Shown piece by piece: positions 55,252 through 64,000 of a stretch of 64,000 nucleotides of DNA. Location of the stretch: sequence record OZ346219.1; one strand, given 5' to 3'. Made by a program: the position numbers and the translations under genes. Under the pieces are notes generated by a model. It saw only the letters and a list, made by a program, of their open reading frames with translations. It had not been told where the DNA came from and ran no database searches. Position 1 is the first letter of the stretch. Each line of letters begins with the position of its first letter. This DNA is from a phage.

Positions 55252-57050
55252 AACAATTAATTAATATCGGTAACGTTGTTGATGACGGTACAGGTGATTA
55301 TCTAAGAAAAGGCGGTCAAAAGATTAATGACAACTTTTCTGAACTTTATACTAAGCTGGGGGATGGTGATATCCCTCATGCATCCGGCGCGTGGAAAACT
55401 CACACACAACCAGTATTAAAACCAAATTTTGGTGATGCATGGGCGATTAATACAACGAACAACGCTGTTTCTGTTGAATTGCCTAAAGGAAGCGCGAGCG
55501 ATTATAATAAAACAATTAAACTTCGTGATGTTTGGCGCTCATGGGCTGCACATAACGTAACGTTGAAGCCAGCACAAGGTGATACCATTAAGGGATCTCC
55601 AATCGACCGTGAGTTGTATAAAGATTTCATGGATGTTGAATTGGTTTATTGTGCGCCTGGACGTTGGGAATATGTCGAAAATAAACGAGTAGATACTATC
55701 ACCACTTCCGATTTAAGCACAGTCGCTAAGGAAGTTTATATTGCAACCGAAGGACAAACAGACTTCCCTAATGTGTTTGGTTCCAATACTTACAATATTC
55801 GAAATGTTGAAGTGTATTATCGCGGTAACTTGCTTTATTATGGCAAGGATTTAACCGATGATTCTAACTATGGTTCAATCGGTGAAAACGGTGATATTGT
55901 TCCTCTGGACGGTAAAAGCATTAAATTACGCTTCCCTTGTTCGGCGGGTGATACCATTCAAATCATCACTTATATGGACGGTATCGCATCCTTCCGGTCA
56001 AGCTATATTACTCATACAATCCGCGTTTATGAAACAGGAATGACCACTTTGGAATCCATCCCTGGTGAAGTTTGGGTCGGTGAACTTGCTAATAAGAAAG
56101 AGTTTACTAATGCTGAATTAGGCGTAAGTAAGCGAGATCTTATTAATCCAAATTCATTTGAATTGCTGATCAACGGCACACAAATGATTAAAGCGGGTGA
56201 TGCGGATTTACCTTCCTTTATTTGTGAAGGTGCTGACGGTGAAACGGAAGAAAGCTGCGTACTTGCTGGCGGTCAATGGGTGGAATCTGGTGAAGATTAT
56301 TCATTAATGTTTGACGAAAACAGCGTGGTGACTGGTATTAAATTATCTAAAGCACTAGATAACCGAGACACTATCACAATTCGCTGGTTTAATAATGATA
56401 TCGGAACATTAATGGAATGGGACGGTGTAGGCGGTATTAAAGAAAAAGCAGATAAAATCTATCTTAATAACGAAGATGAAGTTACTCTGACAAATCGAAT
56501 TGAATATACCGATTTCCAGAATCCAAGCCAAGCAACTAAACGCCCAATGGAAGATTATACAGGTCGTGTGATGGATATCTATTCCATCTTTGATATTTTC
56601 CATCCTATAGGCACAATTTATGAAAACGCGCATAACCCAGCTAACCCGGCGACATATATGGGAATTGGTACATGGGTACGTTATGCGGAAGGAGAATTTC
56701 TGGCTGGTTGGTCTTCTGACGCAAGCGATCAAAACTTCGCACTAAACAACAACGATCTTGATACACATGGTCAACCTACACACACCGCAGGTGGTAACGG
56801 TGGTGATGTTGCATACCAGATCAAGAAAAATATGATTCCTGAATTACAGAGCAACGATCGAGTTCTTGTAAAAGATGATAACGGAAATATTATTATCGGT
56901 GGTTGTCAGGTAGACCCTGATGCAGTAGGTCCAGCGTTTACCAAATATCGAGAAGATAATGTTAAGGTTAATCAGGGAAATACCGATCCATCAATGATGG
57001 GTATTCTTCCTCCATACAGAACTGTCTATCGTTGGCTAAGGGTAGGTTAA
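55248..57050 (+). CDS. 10: Baseplate wedge protein gp10
   Basis: 600-aa ORF in gp9-gp10-gp11 order; N-terminal GNVVDDGTGDYLRKGGQKINDNF motif shared with gp9. Confidence 0.8.
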   Translation: MKQLINIGNVVDDGTGDYLRKGGQKINDNFSELYTKLGDGDIPHASGAWKTHTQPVLKPNFGDAWAINTTNNAVSVELPKGSASDYNKTIKLRDVWRSWAAHNVTLKPAQGDTIKGSPIDRELYKDFMDVELVYCAPGRWEYVENKRVDTITTSDLSTVAKEVYIATEGQTDFPNVFGSNTYNIRNVEVYYRGNLLYYGKDLTDDSNYGSIGENGDIVPLDGKSIKLRFPCSAGDTIQIITYMDGIASFRSSYITHTIRVYETGMTTLESIPGEVWVGELANKKEFTNAELGVSKRDLINPNSFELLINGTQMIKAGDADLPSFICEGADGETEESCVLAGGQWVESGEDYSLMFDENSVVTGIKLSKALDNRDTITIRWFNNDIGTLMEWDGVGGIKEKADKIYLNNEDEVTLTNRIEYTDFQNPSQATKRPMEDYTGRVMDIYSIFDIFHPIGTIYENAHNPANPATYMGIGTWVRYAEGEFLAGWSSDASDQNFALNNNDLDTHGQPTHTAGGNGGDVAYQIKKNMIPELQSNDRVLVKDDNGNIIIGGCQVDPDAVGPAFTKYREDNVKVNQGNTDPSMMGILPPYRTVYRWLRVG

Positions 57051-57051
57051 T

Positions 57052-57696
57052 ATGATTTCTAAAACACGTTCAAAAGCTAGTGTATTTTCCAGCGATGCGG
57101 CGTTTATTTCATACGATCCAGGATCGAAAGATCCTGTTATCGGTGGTTCTCGTCCAATTGGTGGCGTTAATGTCGATCAATCAAGAAAAGGTTCCTATGT
57201 AAACAACGTTCAATCTGCAATTGATGACCTTTATTCATTGTCAATGATCCGAATTGGTGATGTGTTGGTTACAACCAACTCAACTCCACCACAAGCCGCA
57301 GGACAGATTGAAACTCTGTCATTTTCTGGTTCTGTTAACAATCAGCATAATCCAGACGCAAACAAAGTATTAATTGATGTTTTGGGTTATCCATTTATTG
57401 TTGATGTTGGGTCTTCCGGCGTTTCTCTATGTGAGAAAGTAACGGAAAAATTTACCGAACTAATGAATAAAAACATTATGTTCAAAGAAGTAAAAAGAAA
57501 AGGAAGTAGCAACGACCAATTAGAAATTCATTATATCGATTCTCTTGAACACCCACCAACCGATATTAACAAGTACGGAATTACAATCACAGGAAATGTT
57601 GATTCTCCTGCTCGTGTTGGTTATGGTTCATGGTCTCGAATGGGTACAGAAGAGAAATTTGGAACTACCCTATATTATTTCAAACGTATTGCATAA
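57052..57696 (+). CDS. 11: Baseplate wedge protein gp11
   Basis: 214-aa ORF between gp10 and gp12. Confidence 0.7.
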   Translation: MISKTRSKASVFSSDAAFISYDPGSKDPVIGGSRPIGGVNVDQSRKGSYVNNVQSAIDDLYSLSMIRIGDVLVTTNSTPPQAAGQIETLSFSGSVNNQHNPDANKVLIDVLGYPFIVDVGSSGVSLCEKVTEKFTELMNKNIMFKEVKRKGSSNDQLEIHYIDSLEHPPTDINKYGITITGNVDSPARVGYGSWSRMGTEEKFGTTLYYFKRIA

Positions 57697-57707
57697 GGTG
57701 ATGTATA

Positions 57708-59108
57708 ATGGCAAACAATACTATTAACCATGTAAAAGACGATGCTCAATACGTCAAGTTTAACCCTGTAAATGATTGGCCTCAAAGCATTACCAACGTA
57801 CAAGCGGCTTTAGCCGCTATTAATGGCTTTGCCGTAAATGGATTACCGGACGCTACGGAAGATACAGCCGGGATCGCTGCAATCGCAACTCAGGAAGAAG
57901 TAAACGACGGCACTGTAGACAATAAGATCGTGACTCCAAAAACACTAGCTGTTAAAATGTCACGTCCAGATGCTACAAAAGAAGTAAAAGGCATTACCCG
58001 ATTTGCCACGATGGAAGAATCGCTGCAAGAGAGCAACGAGAACATGGCAATCGGTCCAGACACACTAAACCATTACTTCACCACTAAAAAGGCGTCAGAG
58101 AGCGTTCAGGGGACTATTAAGATATGTTCTCTTGAGGCGGCAAAGATTGGCAGTGATGACACAATGGCAGTAACACCGAAAAAGATGCACACTGCCATTG
58201 CACAGATTGTGCCGGGATTAATTCCAGATCAAAACACAGCAACCGAAAGCGCACAGGGTTTAGTTCAGTTAGCAACTAATGCGCAGGTTTTACAAGGCCA
58301 GATTCGAGAAGGTTTTGCAATTAGCCCTTATGCATTTGCAAATGCTCGCGCCAATGAGAATCAGGCGGGTACTGTTAAGATCGCCAGCCAGTCACAGATG
58401 AATGCTGGTTCAGATGATACTGTAGTTGTTTCTGCTAAGAAGTTTGCAAGCACTAAGGCAACAACGTCTCAATACGGCATTGTTAAACTACGAGACACCG
58501 TAGGAAGTGAGGCTAACGCTGCACTATCAGCAAATGCTAAGGTTCTTCCTAGCACTGGCGGTACGGTAAGCGGAAACGTCTATAAAGGTTCAAACTCAGA
58601 CGGCAACCAGTTTGTTACTAAAAATGAATTAGCGAATCACGCAATGCCAATTGGTGGTATTATCCTTTCTGGATTCAATGCCGATCGAGGTGACTTTCTG
58701 ATCTGTAATGGTCGTTCACTGAATAAAAATCAATATCCGCAATTATTTTCTGCGATTGGTTATACCTTTGGTGGTTCAGGTGACAATTTTAATCTTCCTG
58801 ATATGCGCGGTTTAGTTGCTCGTGGTTGCGATCATGGAAGAAACCTTGATCCAGGTCGTCGATTTGGTTCTTATCAAGAAGACGCAATGCAGAGAATTAC
58901 TGGTAAATTCCCTGTAGCTGACCGCTGGCGCGGTTGGTATGGTGGAGCATTTACCGCACAGCGCGGTCAATGGAGCACGAACTATAAAAACGGTGGTGGT
59001 GATGATTGGGGCTCTACTGTTAACTTTGATTCAGGAAGATCCGTAAGAACGGCTAACGAGACTCGCGTCAAGAGTCTGGCATTAAACTATATCATAAGGG
59101 TGCGCTAA
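57708..59108 (+). CDS. 12: Short tail fibre protein gp12
   Basis: 466-aa ORF with repetitive beta-rich sequence, position before fibritin. Confidence 0.75.
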   Translation: MANNTINHVKDDAQYVKFNPVNDWPQSITNVQAALAAINGFAVNGLPDATEDTAGIAAIATQEEVNDGTVDNKIVTPKTLAVKMSRPDATKEVKGITRFATMEESLQESNENMAIGPDTLNHYFTTKKASESVQGTIKICSLEAAKIGSDDTMAVTPKKMHTAIAQIVPGLIPDQNTATESAQGLVQLATNAQVLQGQIREGFAISPYAFANARANENQAGTVKIASQSQMNAGSDDTVVVSAKKFASTKATTSQYGIVKLRDTVGSEANAALSANAKVLPSTGGTVSGNVYKGSNSDGNQFVTKNELANHAMPIGGIILSGFNADRGDFLICNGRSLNKNQYPQLFSAIGYTFGGSGDNFNLPDMRGLVARGCDHGRNLDPGRRFGSYQEDAMQRITGKFPVADRWRGWYGGAFTAQRGQWSTNYKNGGGDDWGSTVNFDSGRSVRTANETRVKSLALNYIIRVR

Positions 59109-60877
59109 TGATTGAACAATTAAACATCCACGAGATCCCACATGTTGACGGTGTACCAAGCGAAGGACAGCACCGTATTAACTGGATCAAGAATGGCGAA
59201 TGTTTAAGCGCAGCAACGACACAGACTGGCAATGACGGGACGCTTAACCGCGCCCCTGTTGCAATTCAAGAAAACGTTGCACGCGTAAACGAAAACGCAA
59301 AATCAACCGTCGCTAAAGTTAACGAGGTTGTAACGGCGGTTAACGATATTAAAACAACTTTAGGGGTAATTTCTGACGGAAGTATCATTGATGTGGTTAA
59401 CCAGACTGTCGCAAAAGTTGAATCCGTCGAAGATAACTTAGGAGAAACAGCAAGAACTCTACAAACAACGGTAGACGCTGTATCAGAACTTAACGTCAAG
59501 ATTGGTGATCGCCCCGCTGCCGATCCGAGCACAAGAACAATCTATGATGACATTTCTTTCATCAAACAAGAAATGGGTTCTTATCCTAACTTTAATATCA
59601 ATGGTTCCCCTGATGCTGGCAGTTCCGGTTCTGGCATCAAATACCGAGTTATTCAGAATACCGCAGCATTAAATGACCACGGTCGCCGAATCGTTCAGCT
59701 TGAAAACGACTGGCAAGATTCTGACGTAGGCGAGTTAACAAAACAAGTTAACAAAATGCGCAGTGAGATCGGCGACACGTCTCTTGCAACACAAGAAAAT
59801 GTGTATGTTCGTCTCCGCACCAACGCAAGAAACATTGCTAACTTATCAAACGAAGTTCTAGAAGTCAAGAAAGCAATTTTGTTTGATTCAATCCCTGATA
59901 TCGGGACTAAAGTCACTACGCTGGGAACTAATTATGAACGTCTAAACAATGATGTTAATGGTGTAGATTCCGGTATTCGTCCTCGTCTTCTGGCTGTCGA
60001 GAATAAGATCGGAACGCCTCAATCGGCTGGAAGCATTGACTATCGATTAACCAACACAGAGCGAGAATTTTTAGATCTTAAACAGGTTGTTGGTGTAAGC
60101 GGTGCTGACGGTTTGCGCGGTGAAGTTGTTCGACTTTCCAATGAGATTGGCACTGACAGCGATCGACATACTCTAGCCGGACGTCTTAAAGTTGTAGAAA
60201 ACACTCAGGGTCGGTTAGAAGCAAGCGTACAGGACATGGAACAGATTGTAGGTGATCGCGAATCAGGTTTGACCGCTGGCGTTATTAAACTATCAAGTGA
60301 TATCTATGGCGATGATGGTTCAGAAGATCCATTTACTCAGAAAGGCGTGATTAAAATCGTCAAAGAGCTACAAACATCTAACGGAAACAAAGTAGATGAT
60401 GTACCTGATGACGGTTTCCATTATCTGCGTAAGCGCGGAGAATGGGTGCAAGTTGCATATGCTGCTGGAGCATTTAAAAATACCGCAGATATTACGGTTG
60501 AACTTGACGAACAGGATGTTTATAAACCGATTCCGCTTAACGACATGGCGGAAGAAGTTAATGCTCGTCAAATGGTGAAAAGTGAATCTGTTGTTACCGT
60601 TCAGGACAAAGGTTTATTCCGTTGTGTATTCCGTTGTGATGTACAAGCTCAACATAATGCAACATTCATTGTTGCGATTTTCAAAAATGGACAGATGGTA
60701 CATGAAGCGAAAAATGGTCATTACGGAACAGACGAATTGATCAGCTATTCTACCAGTGCTTTCCTAAATATTGAAACGGGAGATCAGATTAACATCCGTA
60801 TTAAGGGTGTATCTGCCGAAGCAGTAGCACAGCCAGTACAAATTAAAGAGTTCCTCTTTGGGATTTCTCCGGTATAA
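59108..60877 (+). CDS. wac: Fibritin (whisker, wac) with C-terminal extension beyond the foldon-like segment
   Basis: N-terminus PHVDGVPSEGQHRINWIKNGE matches T4 fibritin PFVDGPPAEGQSRISWIKNGE; foldon-like DDGFHYLRKRGEWV near residue 440 followed by about 130 extra residues. Confidence 0.75.
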   Translation: MIEQLNIHEIPHVDGVPSEGQHRINWIKNGECLSAATTQTGNDGTLNRAPVAIQENVARVNENAKSTVAKVNEVVTAVNDIKTTLGVISDGSIIDVVNQTVAKVESVEDNLGETARTLQTTVDAVSELNVKIGDRPAADPSTRTIYDDISFIKQEMGSYPNFNINGSPDAGSSGSGIKYRVIQNTAALNDHGRRIVQLENDWQDSDVGELTKQVNKMRSEIGDTSLATQENVYVRLRTNARNIANLSNEVLEVKKAILFDSIPDIGTKVTTLGTNYERLNNDVNGVDSGIRPRLLAVENKIGTPQSAGSIDYRLTNTEREFLDLKQVVGVSGADGLRGEVVRLSNEIGTDSDRHTLAGRLKVVENTQGRLEASVQDMEQIVGDRESGLTAGVIKLSSDIYGDDGSEDPFTQKGVIKIVKELQTSNGNKVDDVPDDGFHYLRKRGEWVQVAYAAGAFKNTADITVELDEQDVYKPIPLNDMAEEVNARQMVKSESVVTVQDKGLFRCVFRCDVQAQHNATFIVAIFKNGQMVHEAKNGHYGTDELISYSTSAFLNIETGDQINIRIKGVSAEAVAQPVQIKEFLFGISPV

Positions 60878-60886
60878 GAAATTAAA

Positions 60887-60906
60887 GGGGCGTTAAGCCC
60901 CTTTTT
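60887..60906 (+). terminator. Rho-independent terminator after wac
   Basis: GGGGCGTTAAGCCCC hairpin + TTTTT. Confidence 0.55.
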
Positions 60907-60923
60907 CGTTTATAGGTGATATT

Positions 60924-61856
60924 ATGTCAGGATATGTAACCAATAACCCAAGAGAATTAAAAGACGCTATTCTGCGTCGTTTAGGCGCACCAGTAATTAA
61001 CGTAGAAGTAACAGAAGACCAGATTTACGATTGTATTCAGAGAGCATTAGAACTCTATGGGGAATATCATTTCGATGGTGTGAATAAAGGATATAAAGTA
61101 TTTCGTGTTAGTGCCGAGCAAGCGCAACACGGGGTATTTGATTTAAGCGATTCTGGAGTATTCGCAGTAACTAAAATAATTCGAACAAACGTAGGTAGCG
61201 CGGCTACGATGGATGGTACTGCCGTTTATCCGTGGTTTACTGACTTTCTGTTGGGTTTAGCTGGTGTAAATGGCGGTTTAGGATCTGGCTGTAGTAAATT
61301 TTATGGTCCAAATGCAATGGGTGGTGATCTAGGATATTTCGAACAGCTTATGAGCTATCGAGCCACTATGCAAAATATGCTCAATCCGCTGCCAGATTAT
61401 TGGTATAACAGCGCAAACGGACAACTTAAGATAACAGGAAACTTCCGAGAAGGTGATCTCATTGTTGTTGAATTATATGTTAAAAGCTATGTAGACGTTC
61501 CTGATATGATCGGCGCGGTTGCTGGTTATGCTCATGCAGGAGGTTGTTCTACCGCTGGCGGGATTAGCGCCGTTTATGATAATCCAACTGCTGGTTTAAG
61601 CGGGATTGTTGCTGGCATGGGACCGATCAGTGAGAACAAGCAGGGCGCATATAATAACCGTTGGGTTAAAGACATGGCAACCGCTTTCACTAAGGAGGTG
61701 TGGGGGTCTATCATGGCTAAACATCAAGGTCTGCAATTACCCGGCGGTGTCACTGTTGATGGTATCCGAATCATTGAAGAAGCACGCGCCGACATTGAGA
61801 AATTGCGACAAGAACTAGAATTATTAGATCCTCCGTTCGGCATCCTCATGATTTGA
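60924..61856 (+). CDS. 13: Neck protein gp13
   Basis: 310-aa ORF, position and size match T4 gp13. Confidence 0.75.
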   Translation: MSGYVTNNPRELKDAILRRLGAPVINVEVTEDQIYDCIQRALELYGEYHFDGVNKGYKVFRVSAEQAQHGVFDLSDSGVFAVTKIIRTNVGSAATMDGTAVYPWFTDFLLGLAGVNGGLGSGCSKFYGPNAMGGDLGYFEQLMSYRATMQNMLNPLPDYWYNSANGQLKITGNFREGDLIVVELYVKSYVDVPDMIGAVAGYAHAGGCSTAGGISAVYDNPTAGLSGIVAGMGPISENKQGAYNNRWVKDMATAFTKEVWGSIMAKHQGLQLPGGVTVDGIRIIEEARADIEKLRQELELLDPPFGILMI

Positions 61857-61892
61857 TTTATTGGGGGAGTATTCCCCCATTTGGAGTAACAT

Positions 61893-62633
61893 ATGTTTAA
61901 CAACACTCTTTTTGCTCGCCTTGAATCGCAAAAGGATTATGAGAATACACGACAAACAGAGATTCTTAATCCTTATGTGAACTTTCACAAATATACAAAT
62001 ACTCAGACGTTAGCCGACGTTATGGTCGCCGAAGCTATTCAGATGCGAGGTGTAGAATTATATTACATCCCTCGTGAATTTGTCAAACCAGATATGATCT
62101 TTGGTGAGGATGTTCAAAGCAGATTTACTAAAGCATGGAAATTTGCGGCTTATATTAACTCATTTGATGGGTATGAAGGAGCGGGTAATTTCTTCTCTAG
62201 TTTCGGGTATCAAGCTAATGATGAATTAACTTTTACGGTTAACCCCAACCTATTCAAGCATCAAGTAGATGATCAAGAGCCAAAATCAGGTGACTTAATT
62301 TATATTCCAATGAGTAATGATCTCTTTGAAATTAATTACGTCGAGCCATATCAGCCGTTTTTTCAGGCTGGCAAAAATGCCATGCGTAAAATTATTGCAG
62401 AGAAATTCGTGTATAGCGGTGAGGAATTGCGACCAGAATTACAACGCAATGAGGGAATTAATGTTGATGAGTTTGCGGATCTGGATCTTGCACCGATCAC
62501 TAATCTGGACGGGTTAACAGATATCAACTTAGATCAGTACAAAGAAGATAAGCAATTCAGAAGCGAAGGACAAGATTTTATTGATCCGTTTGATCCTATT
62601 AATGGCAAGGGTTCACCTTTCGCCGATTTTTGA
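61893..62633 (+). CDS. 14: Neck protein gp14
   Basis: 246-aa ORF following gp13. Confidence 0.7.
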   Translation: MFNNTLFARLESQKDYENTRQTEILNPYVNFHKYTNTQTLADVMVAEAIQMRGVELYYIPREFVKPDMIFGEDVQSRFTKAWKFAAYINSFDGYEGAGNFFSSFGYQANDELTFTVNPNLFKHQVDDQEPKSGDLIYIPMSNDLFEINYVEPYQPFFQAGKNAMRKIIAEKFVYSGEELRPELQRNEGINVDEFADLDLAPITNLDGLTDINLDQYKEDKQFRSEGQDFIDPFDPINGKGSPFADF

Positions 62634-62659
62634 TAAATACTCATAAACAAGGGGGTCAA

Positions 62660-63493
62660 ATGTTCGGTTGGCACTATAATTCGTCAATTAGACGGTATAT
62701 TGTATTGCTGGGTAATTTATTCTCCGGCGTACAAATTAAAAGGGTGCGTAGCGACGGTGAGCGTTTTATTAAAGTTCCTATCACCTACGCAAAGAAAGAA
62801 AAATTCATGATGAGTCTGGACAAATATAACAATATCTCAAGTGAGGAAGACATAGCAAAGGTAGAAACTATTTTACCGCGTATGTGTCTTTCTTTGATTG
62901 ATATGACATACGCCCAGAACTTTAAAACAAATATTGCAAATAAGACAGTACCAAAATATACGGCTGATGGAATCAGGAGCGTAACACAATATAATCCTGT
63001 ACCATATAAGTTTACTTTCGAGTTAGGGATTTATACGCGTAACGAAGATGATATGTTTCAGATAATTGAACAGATTCTTCCTTACTTCCAGCCTCATTTT
63101 AACTGTAAGATTAAAGAACTACACGGTAATGATGTATGGATTGATCGAGATATTCAGGTCACAATTAGTTCTATTACTCCAGATGAACAGGTAGGAGAAG
63201 ATAAGTTTTCTCGTCGTCGTCTTGAGTGGACCATTATGTTCGAATTTATCGGGTTTATATATCCTCCAGCTACCGACGTTAAGGGGGAAATTAGAACGAT
63301 TTATCTTGATTTTCATGCCAATTCTCGTGAATTGAATCCTATCGGTAATTTTGAATCAGTGGATCACGAGGTCGTTAAACGTGACGTCGAGCAAGATGAT
63401 TGGGACGGAACTATCAAAGAATCATATTCTAGTGATATTCCAATACCAGTTGCACCGACCCCACCGGGTCCACGTATTGTAAGAGAATTTTAA
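62660..63493 (+). CDS. 15: Tail sheath stabiliser / tail completion protein gp15
   Basis: MFGWHYNSSIRRY...ERFIKVPITYAKKEKFMM...ILPYFQPHFN matches T4 gp15; start set at internal ATG after AAGGGGG SD. Confidence 0.85.
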   Translation: MFGWHYNSSIRRYIVLLGNLFSGVQIKRVRSDGERFIKVPITYAKKEKFMMSLDKYNNISSEEDIAKVETILPRMCLSLIDMTYAQNFKTNIANKTVPKYTADGIRSVTQYNPVPYKFTFELGIYTRNEDDMFQIIEQILPYFQPHFNCKIKELHGNDVWIDRDIQVTISSITPDEQVGEDKFSRRRLEWTIMFEFIGFIYPPATDVKGEIRTIYLDFHANSRELNPIGNFESVDHEVVKRDVEQDDWDGTIKESYSSDIPIPVAPTPPGPRIVREF

Positions 63494-63506
63494 GAGGTAA
63501 TTTATT

Positions 63507-64000
63507 ATGTCAGATCTAGGCTTAGATATGAAGCAATTAATGAATTTCGAAAGTCTAGGTCTTCCGGGGTCATTCGACGCGGAAGAAGATCGAGTGAGCT
63601 ATGATCCGCTCGTCTTGACTCCGGTCGAAAGTCATCCAGAAGATCGTAATATTGACTTACAACGAGATTATAATGAGGCACGTCAGAATATTCATTTTCA
63701 GAATCAGATGATGATGGACGCCGCAAAGATTTATCTTGAACTTGCAAAAAATAGTGAGTCTCCGAGGTTCCTACAAGCATTTAACGGCCTCATGCAGCAA
63801 ATGAGCAACAACAATAAAGAATTGCTGAACATCCATAAGGATATGAAGAAAATCACCGAGCAAGCTGGAGAGAAAAAGAAAGATAATACCCCAGCCGCAC
63901 CAGTTAATATCCAGAATGCGACCGTCTTTATGGGTTCTCCTAGTGATTTAATGGATGAAATCGAAGACGAGGAAGCGCGAGTTATTGAAGGTGAGACAGT
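63507..64000 (+). CDS. 16: Terminase small subunit gp16 (5' part; gene runs past window end)
   Basis: ...NIHFQNQMMMDAAKIYLELAKNSESPR...HKDMKKITEQ...NIQNATVFMGSPSDLMDEIE matches T4 gp16. Confidence 0.85.
   Translation, partial: MSDLGLDMKQLMNFESLGLPGSFDAEEDRVSYDPLVLTPVESHPEDRNIDLQRDYNEARQNIHFQNQMMMDAAKIYLELAKNSESPRFLQAFNGLMQQMSNNNKELLNIHKDMKKITEQAGEKKKDNTPAAPVNIQNATVFMGSPSDLMDEIEDEEARVIEGET

Noticed and set aside
63505-63780. Minus-strand 91-aa ORF
   Set aside because: Lies entirely within the well-supported gp16 terminase small subunit gene on the plus strand; antisense artefact.

Overview
This window is a segment of a T4-like (Tevenvirinae-type) myovirus genome, AT-rich and densely coding. 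From 1 to about 43.5 kb nearly all genes are on the minus strand and form an early/middle region. It runs gp44 clamp loader (partial), gp45 clamp, gp46/gp47 recombination nuclease, gp55 late sigma factor, NrdH-like glutaredoxin, NrdG, NrdD, endonuclease VII (gp49), NrdC-like glutaredoxin, Dam methyltransferase, thymidine kinase, RegB, an M15-type endolysin, Acb1-like 2H phosphoesterase, gp57A, gp1, gp3, a probable gp2, and gp4. These are interspersed with about 60 small ORFs of unknown function, sigma70-like early promoters, rho-independent terminators and homing-endonuclease-like genes. From about 43.6 kb to the end, the plus strand carries the late baseplate/neck module: gp53, gp5, gp5.4 PAAR, gp6 to gp12, fibritin (wac), gp13 to gp15, and the start of gp16. 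No rRNA, CRISPR array or convincing tRNA was found. All assignments rest on reading the supplied ORF translations against remembered T4 protein sequences and motifs; no database search was run. The track reports the first ATG/GTG/TTG as M, so several starts were moved to an internal ATG with a Shine-Dalgarno, and coordinates of hand-called features may be off by a few bases. The most unusual items are: a T2-type gp38 adhesin homologue sitting in the early region between terminators; a TARG1/DarG-like macrodomain protein; an uncharacterised 489-aa P-loop NTPase operon; a four-gene tandem paralogue family; a self-contained sigma70-driven methyltransferase cassette inside the baseplate operon; and two late-promoter-associated non-coding stretches.
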